Origin: Nitrospiraceae bacterium
GTDB lineage: Bacteria; Nitrospirota; Nitrospiria; Nitrospirales; UBA2166
Assembly (NCBI GenBank): GCA_002726235.1
Contig: PBSN01000013.1
Coordinates: forward strand, 62,001 to 88,988
DNA: 26,988 nt
Direction of reading: 5' to 3'
Shown here: piece after piece, positions 8,598 to 16,529 of the stretch
How positions within the stretch are numbered: the first letter of the stretch is position 1
Layout: each line of letters starts with the position of its first letter
The notes under the pieces: generated by a model
Seen by the model: only the letters and a program-made list of their open reading frames with translations
Told to the model about the DNA's origin: nothing
Database searches by the model: none
Made by a program: the position numbers and the translations under genes

Positions 8598-8626
8598 ATT
8601 GTCATGAAAGTGAAGAACAAAGTCAA
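8598..8626 (-). promoter_or_regulatory. Putative sigma70 promoter of the HExxH gene
   Basis: Minus-strand TTGACT-N17-GACAAT about 40 nt upstream of the start. Confidence 0.45.
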
Positions 8627-9269
8627 CGACGGTGATGAAAAACGACACGTCAATTTTTCTTGAGGATTCGGTTGGTCGTTGCATGTATTGCAACCCCCTC
8701 CCCGCGCATCTCCGCCCTCTCGTCATGTCGCTGTCCTGGAAGATTGATGAGGAATTTTTACCCTTTCCTTCATGATCTCCGCCTTGGCGAGTGTTATAGT
8801 TAAAGCACACGCACTCTCGCATGAATGCGGCGAAAGGAAATGATGAAAAGAACTCTGTTGTGGCTGGAGTGGGTATGGGGGGTTCCACTCTGTGCATAGC
8901 CGCTGGCGTCTCGGCCTATGAGGACGACGGTTCTGAACGGCAGTTTATCGCGGAATGTTCCTCCGTTTTGGAGCCCTAGCGCATGGGAGGGGTTTCCCTC
9001 GGCATGGCGAGACGAGGCTTCACCGTTGTTCACGGTTTGGGTGTGATCACCCTGCTGGATACGAAACGGACGAAGCGTGAATTTGATGCGCAGAGTTTTC
9101 TGGCGTATTTTGGGGAGAGTTCCCAAAGTTCTAGGTCATCGTATCCTCGCGAAGCGGGGTGGCGTCGGCAGGCTTATGCCCAGTCGAGGTTTACAGCGCT
9201 TTTTCACGTTTCTGCAGGCTCATTTGTCATTGGCTAGATAATGCGCTAGTTCTCAACCCTCGCGGGCCA

Positions 9270-10166
9270 ATGGATAAGCAAACCCTCGCCTATGTGTATG
9301 CTGTCGCTGCCGTCTTGTTATGGTCGACGGTAGCTTCGGCATTTAAACTCACCTTGCAGGTCATGCGTCCCATTGAAATGGTGCTGTACGCATCCTTCGT
9401 CTCGGTGGCGGTTTTGTTTGCCATGCTTGTTGGGCAAAAGCGGCTGAGCCAGTTGCGAGGCTGGTCCTCTTCCGATGTCTTGCGCTCTGCCCTTTTCGGG
9501 TTTCTCAATCCCTTCCTGTACTATTTCATTTTGTTTAAAGCCTACGCGTTGCTCCCCGCACAAGAAGCACAGGCGCTGAACTTTATCTGGCCCATTGTTC
9601 TGGTTCTCTGTTCCATGGTCTTTCTCAAGCAGCAGATCGCATTGAAATGCGTCATGGCCATGATGATCAGTTTTATCGGAGTGCTGGTCATTGCCACACG
9701 TGGGAATATGCTCGCCCTCGAATTTACCCATACTACGGGAGTGCTTTTGGCACTCGGCAGTGCATTGATTTGGGCGGTGTATTGGATTGGAAATCTCAAT
9801 GATTCGTGCGACCCAGTTGCACGGTTGTTCATGAATTTTGTGTTCGGCTGTGTATTTGTGACGGGGTATGTGGTGCTGTTTGACCGTATTCAAATGCCAA
9901 GCCCGCAAGGACTTTTGGGATGTCTCTATGTTGGCCTGTTCGAAATGGGGGTGACATTTCTCTTGTGGCTCAAAGCACTTCAACTCTCTCAGACTACGGA
10001 TACCGTCAGTGGTCTTATCTATATCTCGCCATTTTTGTCATTGGTGTTCATTCATTTCACAGTGGGAGAATCGATCTTTCCGTCTACCGTCGTCGGACTC
10101 GCTCTGATTGTCGCCGGGATCATGGCGCAGCATGGCCAGAGATTTACCCGTTCCTCCCTGTCATGA
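9270..10166 (+). CDS. DMT superfamily (EamA) transporter
   Basis: About 10 hydrophobic segments; 'AVLLWSTVASAFK', 'GFLNPFLYYFILFKAY.LLPAQEAQALNFIWP' and 'LIYISPFLSL...VGE'. ATG9270 is preferred over 9159. Confidence 0.92.
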   Translation: MDKQTLAYVYAVAAVLLWSTVASAFKLTLQVMRPIEMVLYASFVSVAVLFAMLVGQKRLSQLRGWSSSDVLRSALFGFLNPFLYYFILFKAYALLPAQEAQALNFIWPIVLVLCSMVFLKQQIALKCVMAMMISFIGVLVIATRGNMLALEFTHTTGVLLALGSALIWAVYWIGNLNDSCDPVARLFMNFVFGCVFVTGYVVLFDRIQMPSPQGLLGCLYVGLFEMGVTFLLWLKALQLSQTTDTVSGLIYISPFLSLVFIHFTVGESIFPSTVVGLALIVAGIMAQHGQRFTRSSLS

Positions 10167-10193
10167 GGGAATGGTCCTGCACACGCCCAATGG

Positions 10194-11447
10194 TTAGGGT
10201 GATGAACGACCGTGGGCAGCCGCACGACAAAGTGGGACGTGACGCTCTTCAGCCACACGGCGACATGTGGCTGCCTGTTTTTCTGGATCGGCAATGACCG
10301 CAGAGAGCGCTTCGCCAAGCTGGGCATAACACGCACGCTTGTCCCGCTGTGCAGCCATTGCACAGAGGCGTGCAGCTCGGTCAACTGACTTGTCAAGGTT
10401 GACTAAGTCCAAGACTGCACCCATCAGGCAAATACCGGGTACCGATACTGGCCATCCATCTGGCGGACGTAATGGAGCACCGATCGCACACTGTGCGATG
10501 GCCGCCTCAAGGTCATGGTCGGTGTGCCAATTGATGCTGCGCCCCATGCTTCGAAAGCAATGGAAACGGTATGTGTCTGGCACGCGTTCGCATTCCGCAA
10601 ACGCCTGCTGAAAATCAAACCCATTCTGTTTTACGAACCAATCGGTGATCCCAAAATAGCATGCTGCCTTATAGCGCTCGTGTACGGCCGTGCATGGGTA
10701 GTGGAGGTCGGCTTTCTGTAAATATTTCGATGGGTGGTGGTCATGGGCAACAATATTTTCCATAAACACGCCACCGTAACAGGACGCTTGGGACGATTCG
10801 GTTGGAAGGAGGTCGCAGTGTTCAAGTGAGGCGAATAACTCATGCTGGAGATGGATCATGAATCCGTGTCCCAGTCCATGCAAACATTGGAAACTTGTAT
10901 AGCGATCCTCATCTTCACGCGTTCCCTGCTGGCAGAGTGTGGGGATTGCCGCTTCGAGGTCCGAGGTTTCGGTCAGCAATTGCTCCATGGTCCCGTGATA
11001 ACACCCGGAGGAACATTGGGCATTGCAGTGGGCAAAGGCTTGGCTAAGATCATGGGTGAGCGCATAGGTCGTGCGCCCGATCACGTGGGTGATGGCATGG
11101 CAATGGTGCAGAACGTCTGGATCCTGTGTGGTGGCGATGTTGAGAGCGCGTAAGGTTGCCGGCGTTCCATGTTCATGGACGGCCTTCTGAAACACCTCCT
11201 TGAAGCAGTCAACGCGGGCCTCAATTGGCAATGATTTCGTGCAGGGGGCGATGCTCGCGATCTTCAGGGGCGCCAGAATTTTTTCAGTGGATTTGTCATC
11301 ACTTGGGGTGGGAGTAATGGCGAGGGTTCCCCAGAAGGAACTATACAGCACCCAGAGAGTTGCCCCCCCTACCGCAATTCCGAGAACCCAGCGTCCTGCC
11401 TTGCCCATGTCTCTTGACGGCTCGTATTGTATGGGTTCATCTTGCAC
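10194..11447 (-). CDS. Membrane-anchored Cys/His-rich helical repeat protein
   Basis: N-terminal TM helix; motifs CHAITHVIG, CSSGCYHG, CLHGLGHG and CYGGVFMEN with regularly paired Cys. The start may be ATG11408. Confidence 0.8.
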   Translation of the reverse strand: MQDEPIQYEPSRDMGKAGRWVLGIAVGGATLWVLYSSFWGTLAITPTPSDDKSTEKILAPLKIASIAPCTKSLPIEARVDCFKEVFQKAVHEHGTPATLRALNIATTQDPDVLHHCHAITHVIGRTTYALTHDLSQAFAHCNAQCSSGCYHGTMEQLLTETSDLEAAIPTLCQQGTREDEDRYTSFQCLHGLGHGFMIHLQHELFASLEHCDLLPTESSQASCYGGVFMENIVAHDHHPSKYLQKADLHYPCTAVHERYKAACYFGITDWFVKQNGFDFQQAFAECERVPDTYRFHCFRSMGRSINWHTDHDLEAAIAQCAIGAPLRPPDGWPVSVPGICLMGAVLDLVNLDKSVDRAARLCAMAAQRDKRACYAQLGEALSAVIADPEKQAATCRRVAEERHVPLCRAAAHGRSSP

Positions 11448-11506
11448 CGAGGGGCGGCATCAGGGGCGCCTGCGCTGTCAGCCCTCGATGGGACGGGAGT
11501 CGTTTT

Positions 11507-11944
11507 TCAGTCTCCTGCTAGCTTGGTGGCGGGGTTGATGATCGAGAATTCGGCTGGAGCAATCTTCCCATCCACGATTCGAAAGGCCTTGATGTCTGGC
11601 TGATCTTTCACTTCAAGCGAGATGATGATGTAGTGCGCTTCGGGATAGAAGGCTAGGCGAATGTCGGTGGCCGACGGATAGGCCTGCGTGTGCGTGTGGG
11701 AATGATAGATCACCAGCAGATCGAGTGTGTTCGAGCGCATGTTTTTGTGGGCCCACAGCAATTCCTTGGGATCCATAAAGTACGAGACGATGGAGGCATC
11801 TCCATTTTTGATTGGATAAATATGGGTGACGGTGGCATCCTCTTCGGAGGTGGTCCCGGCCATGATGCCGCAGCACTCAACGGGGTCGATGCTCCGCGCG
11901 TGCGCCGTCATTTCATCGATGACTGATTGGGGGATGTGCAGCAT
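11507..11944 (-). CDS. mec: JAMM/MPN+ (M67) metallopeptidase, [CysO]-cysteine peptidase Mec-like
   Basis: 'PVECCGIMAG' and JAMM motif 'YHSHTHTQAYPSATD'; lies in the sulfur-carrier operon. Confidence 0.9.
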   Translation of the reverse strand: MLHIPQSVIDEMTAHARSIDPVECCGIMAGTTSEEDATVTHIYPIKNGDASIVSYFMDPKELLWAHKNMRSNTLDLLVIYHSHTHTQAYPSATDIRLAFYPEAHYIIISLEVKDQPDIKAFRIVDGKIAPAEFSIINPATKLAGD

Positions 11945-11967
11945 GAGGGGACGTGGTCAGCAGCTCT

Positions 11968-12774
11968 TTACTGAGCAACCGTGCAGCTAAATGAGTAGTC
12001 CAGAAATTGTGTAATGGTGGGGTTAGGGCTACACAGTGCGCATTTCGGGTCTTTGGGAATTTTCACTTCACGAAATGTCATGCTGAGGGCGTCGTAGAGC
12101 ATGAGGCGGCCGGCGAGGGATGTCCCGATGCCTAAGATTTCCTTAATCACTTCCGCGGCCTGAAGTGAGCCCATAGTGCCAGCAAGTGCCCCCAAGACTC
12201 CCGCCTCCTGGCAATTCGGAACCAGCCCTTCGGGCGGGGGTTCCGGATACAGGCAGCGGTAGCATGGGGAGGCCTGATGAGGTTTTAAGGTTGTCAGTTG
12301 TCCTTCAAAACGGAACATGCTCGCAGACACCAGTGTTTTTTTCGCGAAGAAACTTGCGTCGTTGATGAGGTAGCGAGTCGCGAAGTTGTCCGATCCATCC
12401 ACGATAATGTCATAGGACTCAAACATCTCTTCGATATTTGAGGTATCGATCGACTGCTGGTATGGCACTACGGTAACATCGGGATTAACCGATCTGAGCC
12501 GTTCAAATGCCGATTGTACTTTTGGGTGATTGATGGTGAGCGTTGAATGCAATATTTGTCGCTGAAGGTTGGAGAGGTCAACGACATCATGGTCAATGAT
12601 GCCTAGGGTTCCGACACCTGATGCGGCGAGATACAAGGCAGCGGGGGAGCCTAATCCTCCCGCTCCGATCATCATAACCTTTGCTTGCGCGATCTTTTTC
12701 TGCCCCTTCCCTCCCACTTCTGGAAGAATGAAATGGCGACTATAGCGCTCAACCTGCGTATCCGTGAATTCCAT
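11968..12774 (-). CDS. moeB: MoeB/ThiF (E1-like) sulfur-carrier adenylyltransferase, no rhodanese domain
   Basis: 'RYSRH', 'GAGGLGSP', 'SNLQRQ', 'DGSDNF', 'CYRC', 'NCQEAGVLG' and 'CALC'. Confidence 0.93.
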   Translation of the reverse strand: MEFTDTQVERYSRHFILPEVGGKGQKKIAQAKVMMIGAGGLGSPAALYLAASGVGTLGIIDHDVVDLSNLQRQILHSTLTINHPKVQSAFERLRSVNPDVTVVPYQQSIDTSNIEEMFESYDIIVDGSDNFATRYLINDASFFAKKTLVSASMFRFEGQLTTLKPHQASPCYRCLYPEPPPEGLVPNCQEAGVLGALAGTMGSLQAAEVIKEILGIGTSLAGRLMLYDALSMTFREVKIPKDPKCALCSPNPTITQFLDYSFSCTVAQ

Positions 12775-12780
12775 AATTGG

Positions 12781-13020
12781 TTACTCAATCACATCGAGTT
12801 CGATAGGATCGACCTGCACGCCTTTCTGTTTCAATCCTTCAACGGCCTGTTCAATGTCGGCAATGTCTCCGGTGAGTTCAAGGTTCAACCACCCGGTGGT
12901 TTCAGTGACATTGGCCCCGCGAATATTTGTCACGACGGGGTATTCTTGTCCAATTTCGTATACGACGGGATGTGGAATCTTCTCCTCAGGGAAACGGAGA
13001 TGATATTTTAGACTTGCCAT
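12781..13020 (-). CDS. Stand-alone NIL-domain (ACT-like) protein
   Basis: 'HLRFPEEKIPHPVVYEIG....VVTNIRGANV....GWLNLELTG...GVQVDPIELDVIE'. Confidence 0.85.
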   Translation of the reverse strand: MASLKYHLRFPEEKIPHPVVYEIGQEYPVVTNIRGANVTETTGWLNLELTGDIADIEQAVEGLKQKGVQVDPIELDVIE

Positions 13021-13029
13021 CTTGGTTCC

Positions 13030-13308
13030 TCAGTTTCCGCCAGCAATGGCTGGGATAATGGAGACTTCATCGCCCTCATTGAGTTTGGTCTCTTTGCCGT
13101 CAAGAAATCGAATATCCTCTTCGTTGACATAAACGTTTACAAAACGGCGTAACTCGCCTTGGTCATCGCAGAGACGTTCTTTCATTCCGGGGTAATTCGT
13201 TTCCAATTCCTCAAGTAGGCTGCCGATGTTTGAGCTCATTGCCTCAACTTCACTCTTGCCTCCTGTCACTGGCAGGAGTGGTGGTGGAATCCGAACGTTA
13301 ATTGGCAT
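13030..13308 (-). CDS. Ubiquitin-like sulfur carrier, MoaD/CysO/MetO family
   Basis: AAGGAG SD before ATG13308, overlapping the end of thrC. Sequence 'VRIPPPL....GG...LRRFVNVYVNEEDIRFLDG..T.L..GDEVSIIPAIAGGN'. Confidence 0.92.
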   Translation of the reverse strand: MPINVRIPPPLLPVTGGKSEVEAMSSNIGSLLEELETNYPGMKERLCDDQGELRRFVNVYVNEEDIRFLDGKETKLNEGDEVSIIPAIAGGN

Positions 13309-14533
13309 GCGGGACTCCTTCTTCAAAACTCTGCAACTTGGGCAGGATGCGAAGGGGGCGTCCGACGAATTCCTCGACCGCTTCCTGCGTCTTGAGGCCA
13401 TTTCCGGTCACATAGGCAACCGTTACGTCCCCCTTTTTGATTAAACCGTTTTTGACCAATTTCTTGAGTACGCCAATAGTGACGCCGCCAGCAGTCTCGG
13501 CGAAGATGCCTTCGGTCTGCGCTAGGAGCTTGATGCTGTCGACGATTTCGTCATCCGACACGAAGTCCATGCTTCCGGTGCTTTCATGTGTTGCCTTGAT
13601 GGCATAATAACCGTCTGCGGGGTTTCCAATGGCAAGTGATTTGGCAATGGTGTTGGGTTTCACTGGTTTAAAGAAATCGACTCCGCGTTTAAACGCGGTG
13701 GCGACCGGAGAACATCCCTCAGCTTGTGCGCCATGCAGTTTGGTGGTCACTGGATCGATTAATCCGAGCTGATGAAGTTCATTCAGGCCTTTCCATATCT
13801 TGGTCAGCAGTGATCCTGATGCGATTGGAATTACGACTTGATCGGGCGCCTTCCAGCCAAGCTGTTCTGCGGTTTCAAATGCGAGGCTCTTCGATCCTTC
13901 AGCATAGTAGGGGCGGATGTTCACGTTGACGAACGCCCACGGATATTTCGCGGCAATTTCGCTGCACAATCTGTTGACGTCGTCGTAGTTGCCCTCGACT
14001 TCAACGACGGTTGGGCGGTAGATGAGATTTCCCAACACCTTGCCGGATTCGAGGTTTGCAGGAATAAAGACGAAGCATCGCATGCCGGCTTGTGCTGCTT
14101 GGGCAGCAACAGCATTGGCGAGGTTTCCTGTTGACGCACATGCAACCGTCTCAAACCCCATTTCGCGTGCTCGCGTCAGAGCCACCGCCACGACGCGGTC
14201 TTTAAAGGAAAGGGTTGGATGATTAACGGTGTCATTTTTAATATACAGTTCGTCGAGTCCGAGATGTGCACCGAGATTTTTGGCATGAACCAGTGGGGTG
14301 TAGCCAGCGTCCAGGCCGACGGTAGCACGGCCTTCTACAGGCAGTAGATCGATAAATCTCCAGAGGCTCGGAGGGCCATTCTGAATCGTCTCGCGAGAGA
14401 GGACCTGCTTAATGGCGTCGTAGTTGTAATCCACCTCTAAGGGGCCGAAACACATCTCGCAGACGTGAATTGGATCTGCGGGATAGGCTCGTCCACACTC
14501 GCGGCACTTCAGTCCTTTAATTTTTCCCGTCAT
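13298..14533 (-). CDS. thrC: Threonine synthase-family PLP enzyme (possibly O-phosphohomoserine sulfhydrylase, MetM-type)
   Basis: N-terminal Zn ribbon CRECG...CEMC; 'HPTLSFKDR' with the PLP Lys; 'CASTGNLA', 'PYYAEGSK', 'ETAGG' and 'TGNGLKT'. Confidence 0.85.
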   Translation of the reverse strand: MTGKIKGLKCRECGRAYPADPIHVCEMCFGPLEVDYNYDAIKQVLSRETIQNGPPSLWRFIDLLPVEGRATVGLDAGYTPLVHAKNLGAHLGLDELYIKNDTVNHPTLSFKDRVVAVALTRAREMGFETVACASTGNLANAVAAQAAQAGMRCFVFIPANLESGKVLGNLIYRPTVVEVEGNYDDVNRLCSEIAAKYPWAFVNVNIRPYYAEGSKSLAFETAEQLGWKAPDQVVIPIASGSLLTKIWKGLNELHQLGLIDPVTTKLHGAQAEGCSPVATAFKRGVDFFKPVKPNTIAKSLAIGNPADGYYAIKATHESTGSMDFVSDDEIVDSIKLLAQTEGIFAETAGGVTIGVLKKLVKNGLIKKGDVTVAYVTGNGLKTQEAVEEFVGRPLRILPKLQSFEEGVPHAN

Positions 14534-14537
14534 CGTC

Positions 14538-15344
14538 TCAGGTGTTAAGCGCGCAGGCAGGTTGTTCTGATTCGGTTAGTTCGGAGATCTCCTGATGTTC
14601 CCCGCACAGCGGACACTCAGGGCGTTTTGCTACCTTGACCTGACGAAAACGGCTTGTCTTTGCATCGTAGTCAAGGAGTCGATTGGTGATCGGCGTTCCA
14701 ATGCCAATGACCAGCTTGAGCACTTCTGTGGCTTGGATGGTCCCGATTACACCGGCAAGCACGCCAATCACGCCGGCTTCTTGGCAACTGGGCACAACTC
14801 CAGCCGGAGGAGGTGCTTTGAATATGCAGCGATAACATGCGGTTTGCCGTGGAAGAATCGTGAAGACCCGTCCCTCAAATCGAAGAATGGCTCCGTGGAC
14901 GAGGGGCCGATTTGTAAAGTAACAGGCATCATTAATAAGAAATTTCGTCGGAAAATTATCGGCTCCATCAACGATAATATCGTAATCTTTGATGATGTCG
15001 ATGGCGTTGTTTGCGTCCAGACGTTTCTCAAGCGGGACGACGGTGACATCCGGATTGAGCGCCTTGACTTTGTTCTGCGCGGAGCGGACTTTGGATGTCC
15101 CAAGGTCTTCGGTGTGATGAATGACTTGCCGTTGCAAATTGGTCAGATCGACGACATCGTTGTCAATGATTCCAATCGTGCCGATGCCGGCTGCGGCGAG
15201 GTAGAGAATGGCTGGCGAACCAAGCCCGCCCGCTCCGACAACTAGTACGCGCGCCTGTGCAAGTTTCTTCTGCCCTTTGCCGCCGACTTCGGGAAGCAAA
15301 ATGTGTCGGCTATAGCGTGTAATCTGTTCGTCGGTAAAGTTCAT
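14538..15344 (-). CDS. moeB: MoeB/ThiF (E1-like) adenylyltransferase, second paralog
   Basis: 'RYSRHILLPEVGGKGQ', 'GAGGLGSP', 'TNLQRQ', 'CYRC', 'SCQEAGV' and 'CPLC'. Confidence 0.93.
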   Translation of the reverse strand: MNFTDEQITRYSRHILLPEVGGKGQKKLAQARVLVVGAGGLGSPAILYLAAAGIGTIGIIDNDVVDLTNLQRQVIHHTEDLGTSKVRSAQNKVKALNPDVTVVPLEKRLDANNAIDIIKDYDIIVDGADNFPTKFLINDACYFTNRPLVHGAILRFEGRVFTILPRQTACYRCIFKAPPPAGVVPSCQEAGVIGVLAGVIGTIQATEVLKLVIGIGTPITNRLLDYDAKTSRFRQVKVAKRPECPLCGEHQEISELTESEQPACALNT

Positions 15345-15360
15345 CTTGGTTCGTGCATCG

Positions 15361-16476
15361 TTAAATATTAAAATATTTCTCTACCGTAAGATATCGCTCG
15401 CCCGTATCGCATACTACCGTCACGACAGTTTTGCCAGGGCCGAGCTCTTTCGCGACTTGTTGCGCGGCAAACACATTAGCTCCAGAGGATATGCCAGTGA
15501 GGAGTCCTTCGGTGCGCGCCAATTGCTTGGTCGTTCGGTAGGCGTCGTCGTCGCTTACGGTGATGACTCGATCAAGAATTGACTGGTTGAGCACTTTCGG
15601 AACAAATCCTGCCCCAATGCCCTGGATCTTATGCGGTCCGGGTTCTCCGCCGGACAATACCGGTGATCCCGCCGGTTCCACCGCGATAATTTGCACCGCG
15701 GGACGCTTTGCCTTCAGCACTTCGCCGACCCCCGTAATTGTTCCTCCAGTTCCGACGGCTGCCACAAATGCATCGATGTTTCCTGCGCGCGCATCCCATA
15801 TTTCCGGCCCTGTCGTGCGTCGATGCATGGCGGGATTGGCAGCATTCGAAAATTGATCCGGCATCAGGTATGTGGGGTGCTGGGCTACGATGTTTTCAGC
15901 TTCGGTGATCGACCCGCTCATTCCTTCCCATGCAGGGGTGAGCACTAACTGGGCACCATAGGAGGAGAGGAGGCTGGCGCGTTCCATGCTCATGCTTTCT
16001 GGCATAACCAGAATCAGCTTATATCCACGCACCGCAGAAATCATGGCAAGCCCGATGCCGGTATTGCCACTTGTGGGCTCGACCATTGTTGCGCCTGGTT
16101 TCAAGATTCCCTGACGCTCCGCTTCCTCGATCATGTTCAAACAGATACGATCCTTGACACTTCCGCCGGGGTTGAGGTGTTCGAGTTTGACGTAAATATC
16201 TGCCGAGTCTTTTCCAGGAAGACGAGTGAGTTGAACCAGTGGGGTCTTTCCGATCAGGGTAGTGACGTCCACAGTGCCTTGTCCTCCTCCCATATAGAAA
16301 ATGCATTCCACGCGATCGCCTTCCGTGAGTGCCGTTGTCCCCAATGCGTCACGTTCAAGCAAGGTCTCGTTTAATTCGACAGCCACCATTTGCGGCTCCC
16401 AATCCTTGTGCTTCAGGAGATCAAGAACTGTCCCCTCAGGCACCTCTTCTTGTTTCCCATTCACGATGATATGCAT
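15361..16476 (-). CDS. cysK: In-frame fusion of ThiS-like sulfur carrier (16476-16282) and cysteine synthase (16272-15361)
   Basis: ThiS part: 'IIVNG....MVAVELN...[16 protein letters not shown]'. CysK part: 'LIGKTPLV...NPGGSVKDR...EPTSGNTG...GTGGT...HKIQGIG...GISSG...DTGERYL'. Confidence 0.92.
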   Translation of the reverse strand: MHIIVNGKQEEVPEGTVLDLLKHKDWEPQMVAVELNETLLERDALGTTALTEGDRVECIFYMGGGQGTVDVTTLIGKTPLVQLTRLPGKDSADIYVKLEHLNPGGSVKDRICLNMIEEAERQGILKPGATMVEPTSGNTGIGLAMISAVRGYKLILVMPESMSMERASLLSSYGAQLVLTPAWEGMSGSITEAENIVAQHPTYLMPDQFSNAANPAMHRRTTGPEIWDARAGNIDAFVAAVGTGGTITGVGEVLKAKRPAVQIIAVEPAGSPVLSGGEPGPHKIQGIGAGFVPKVLNQSILDRVITVSDDDAYRTTKQLARTEGLLTGISSGANVFAAQQVAKELGPGKTVVTVVCDTGERYLTVEKYFNI

Positions 16477-16529
16477 GGTGGTGTCTTCTTTTTCGCTAAA
16501 GATTTATAAAGTGTCGAGGACCGGGCAGG

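Noticed and set aside
8556..8897. Short minus-strand ORFs upstream of the HExxH gene as RiPP precursors
   Set aside because: No leader or core features; the region overlaps the predicted promoter.
11968..16476. moeB/moaD/thiS as molybdopterin or thiamine synthesis for the Mo enzyme
   Set aside because: No moaA/C/E or thiG is present; the context (cysK, thrC-like, mec) points to amino-acid sulfur insertion, although moonlighting cannot be excluded.
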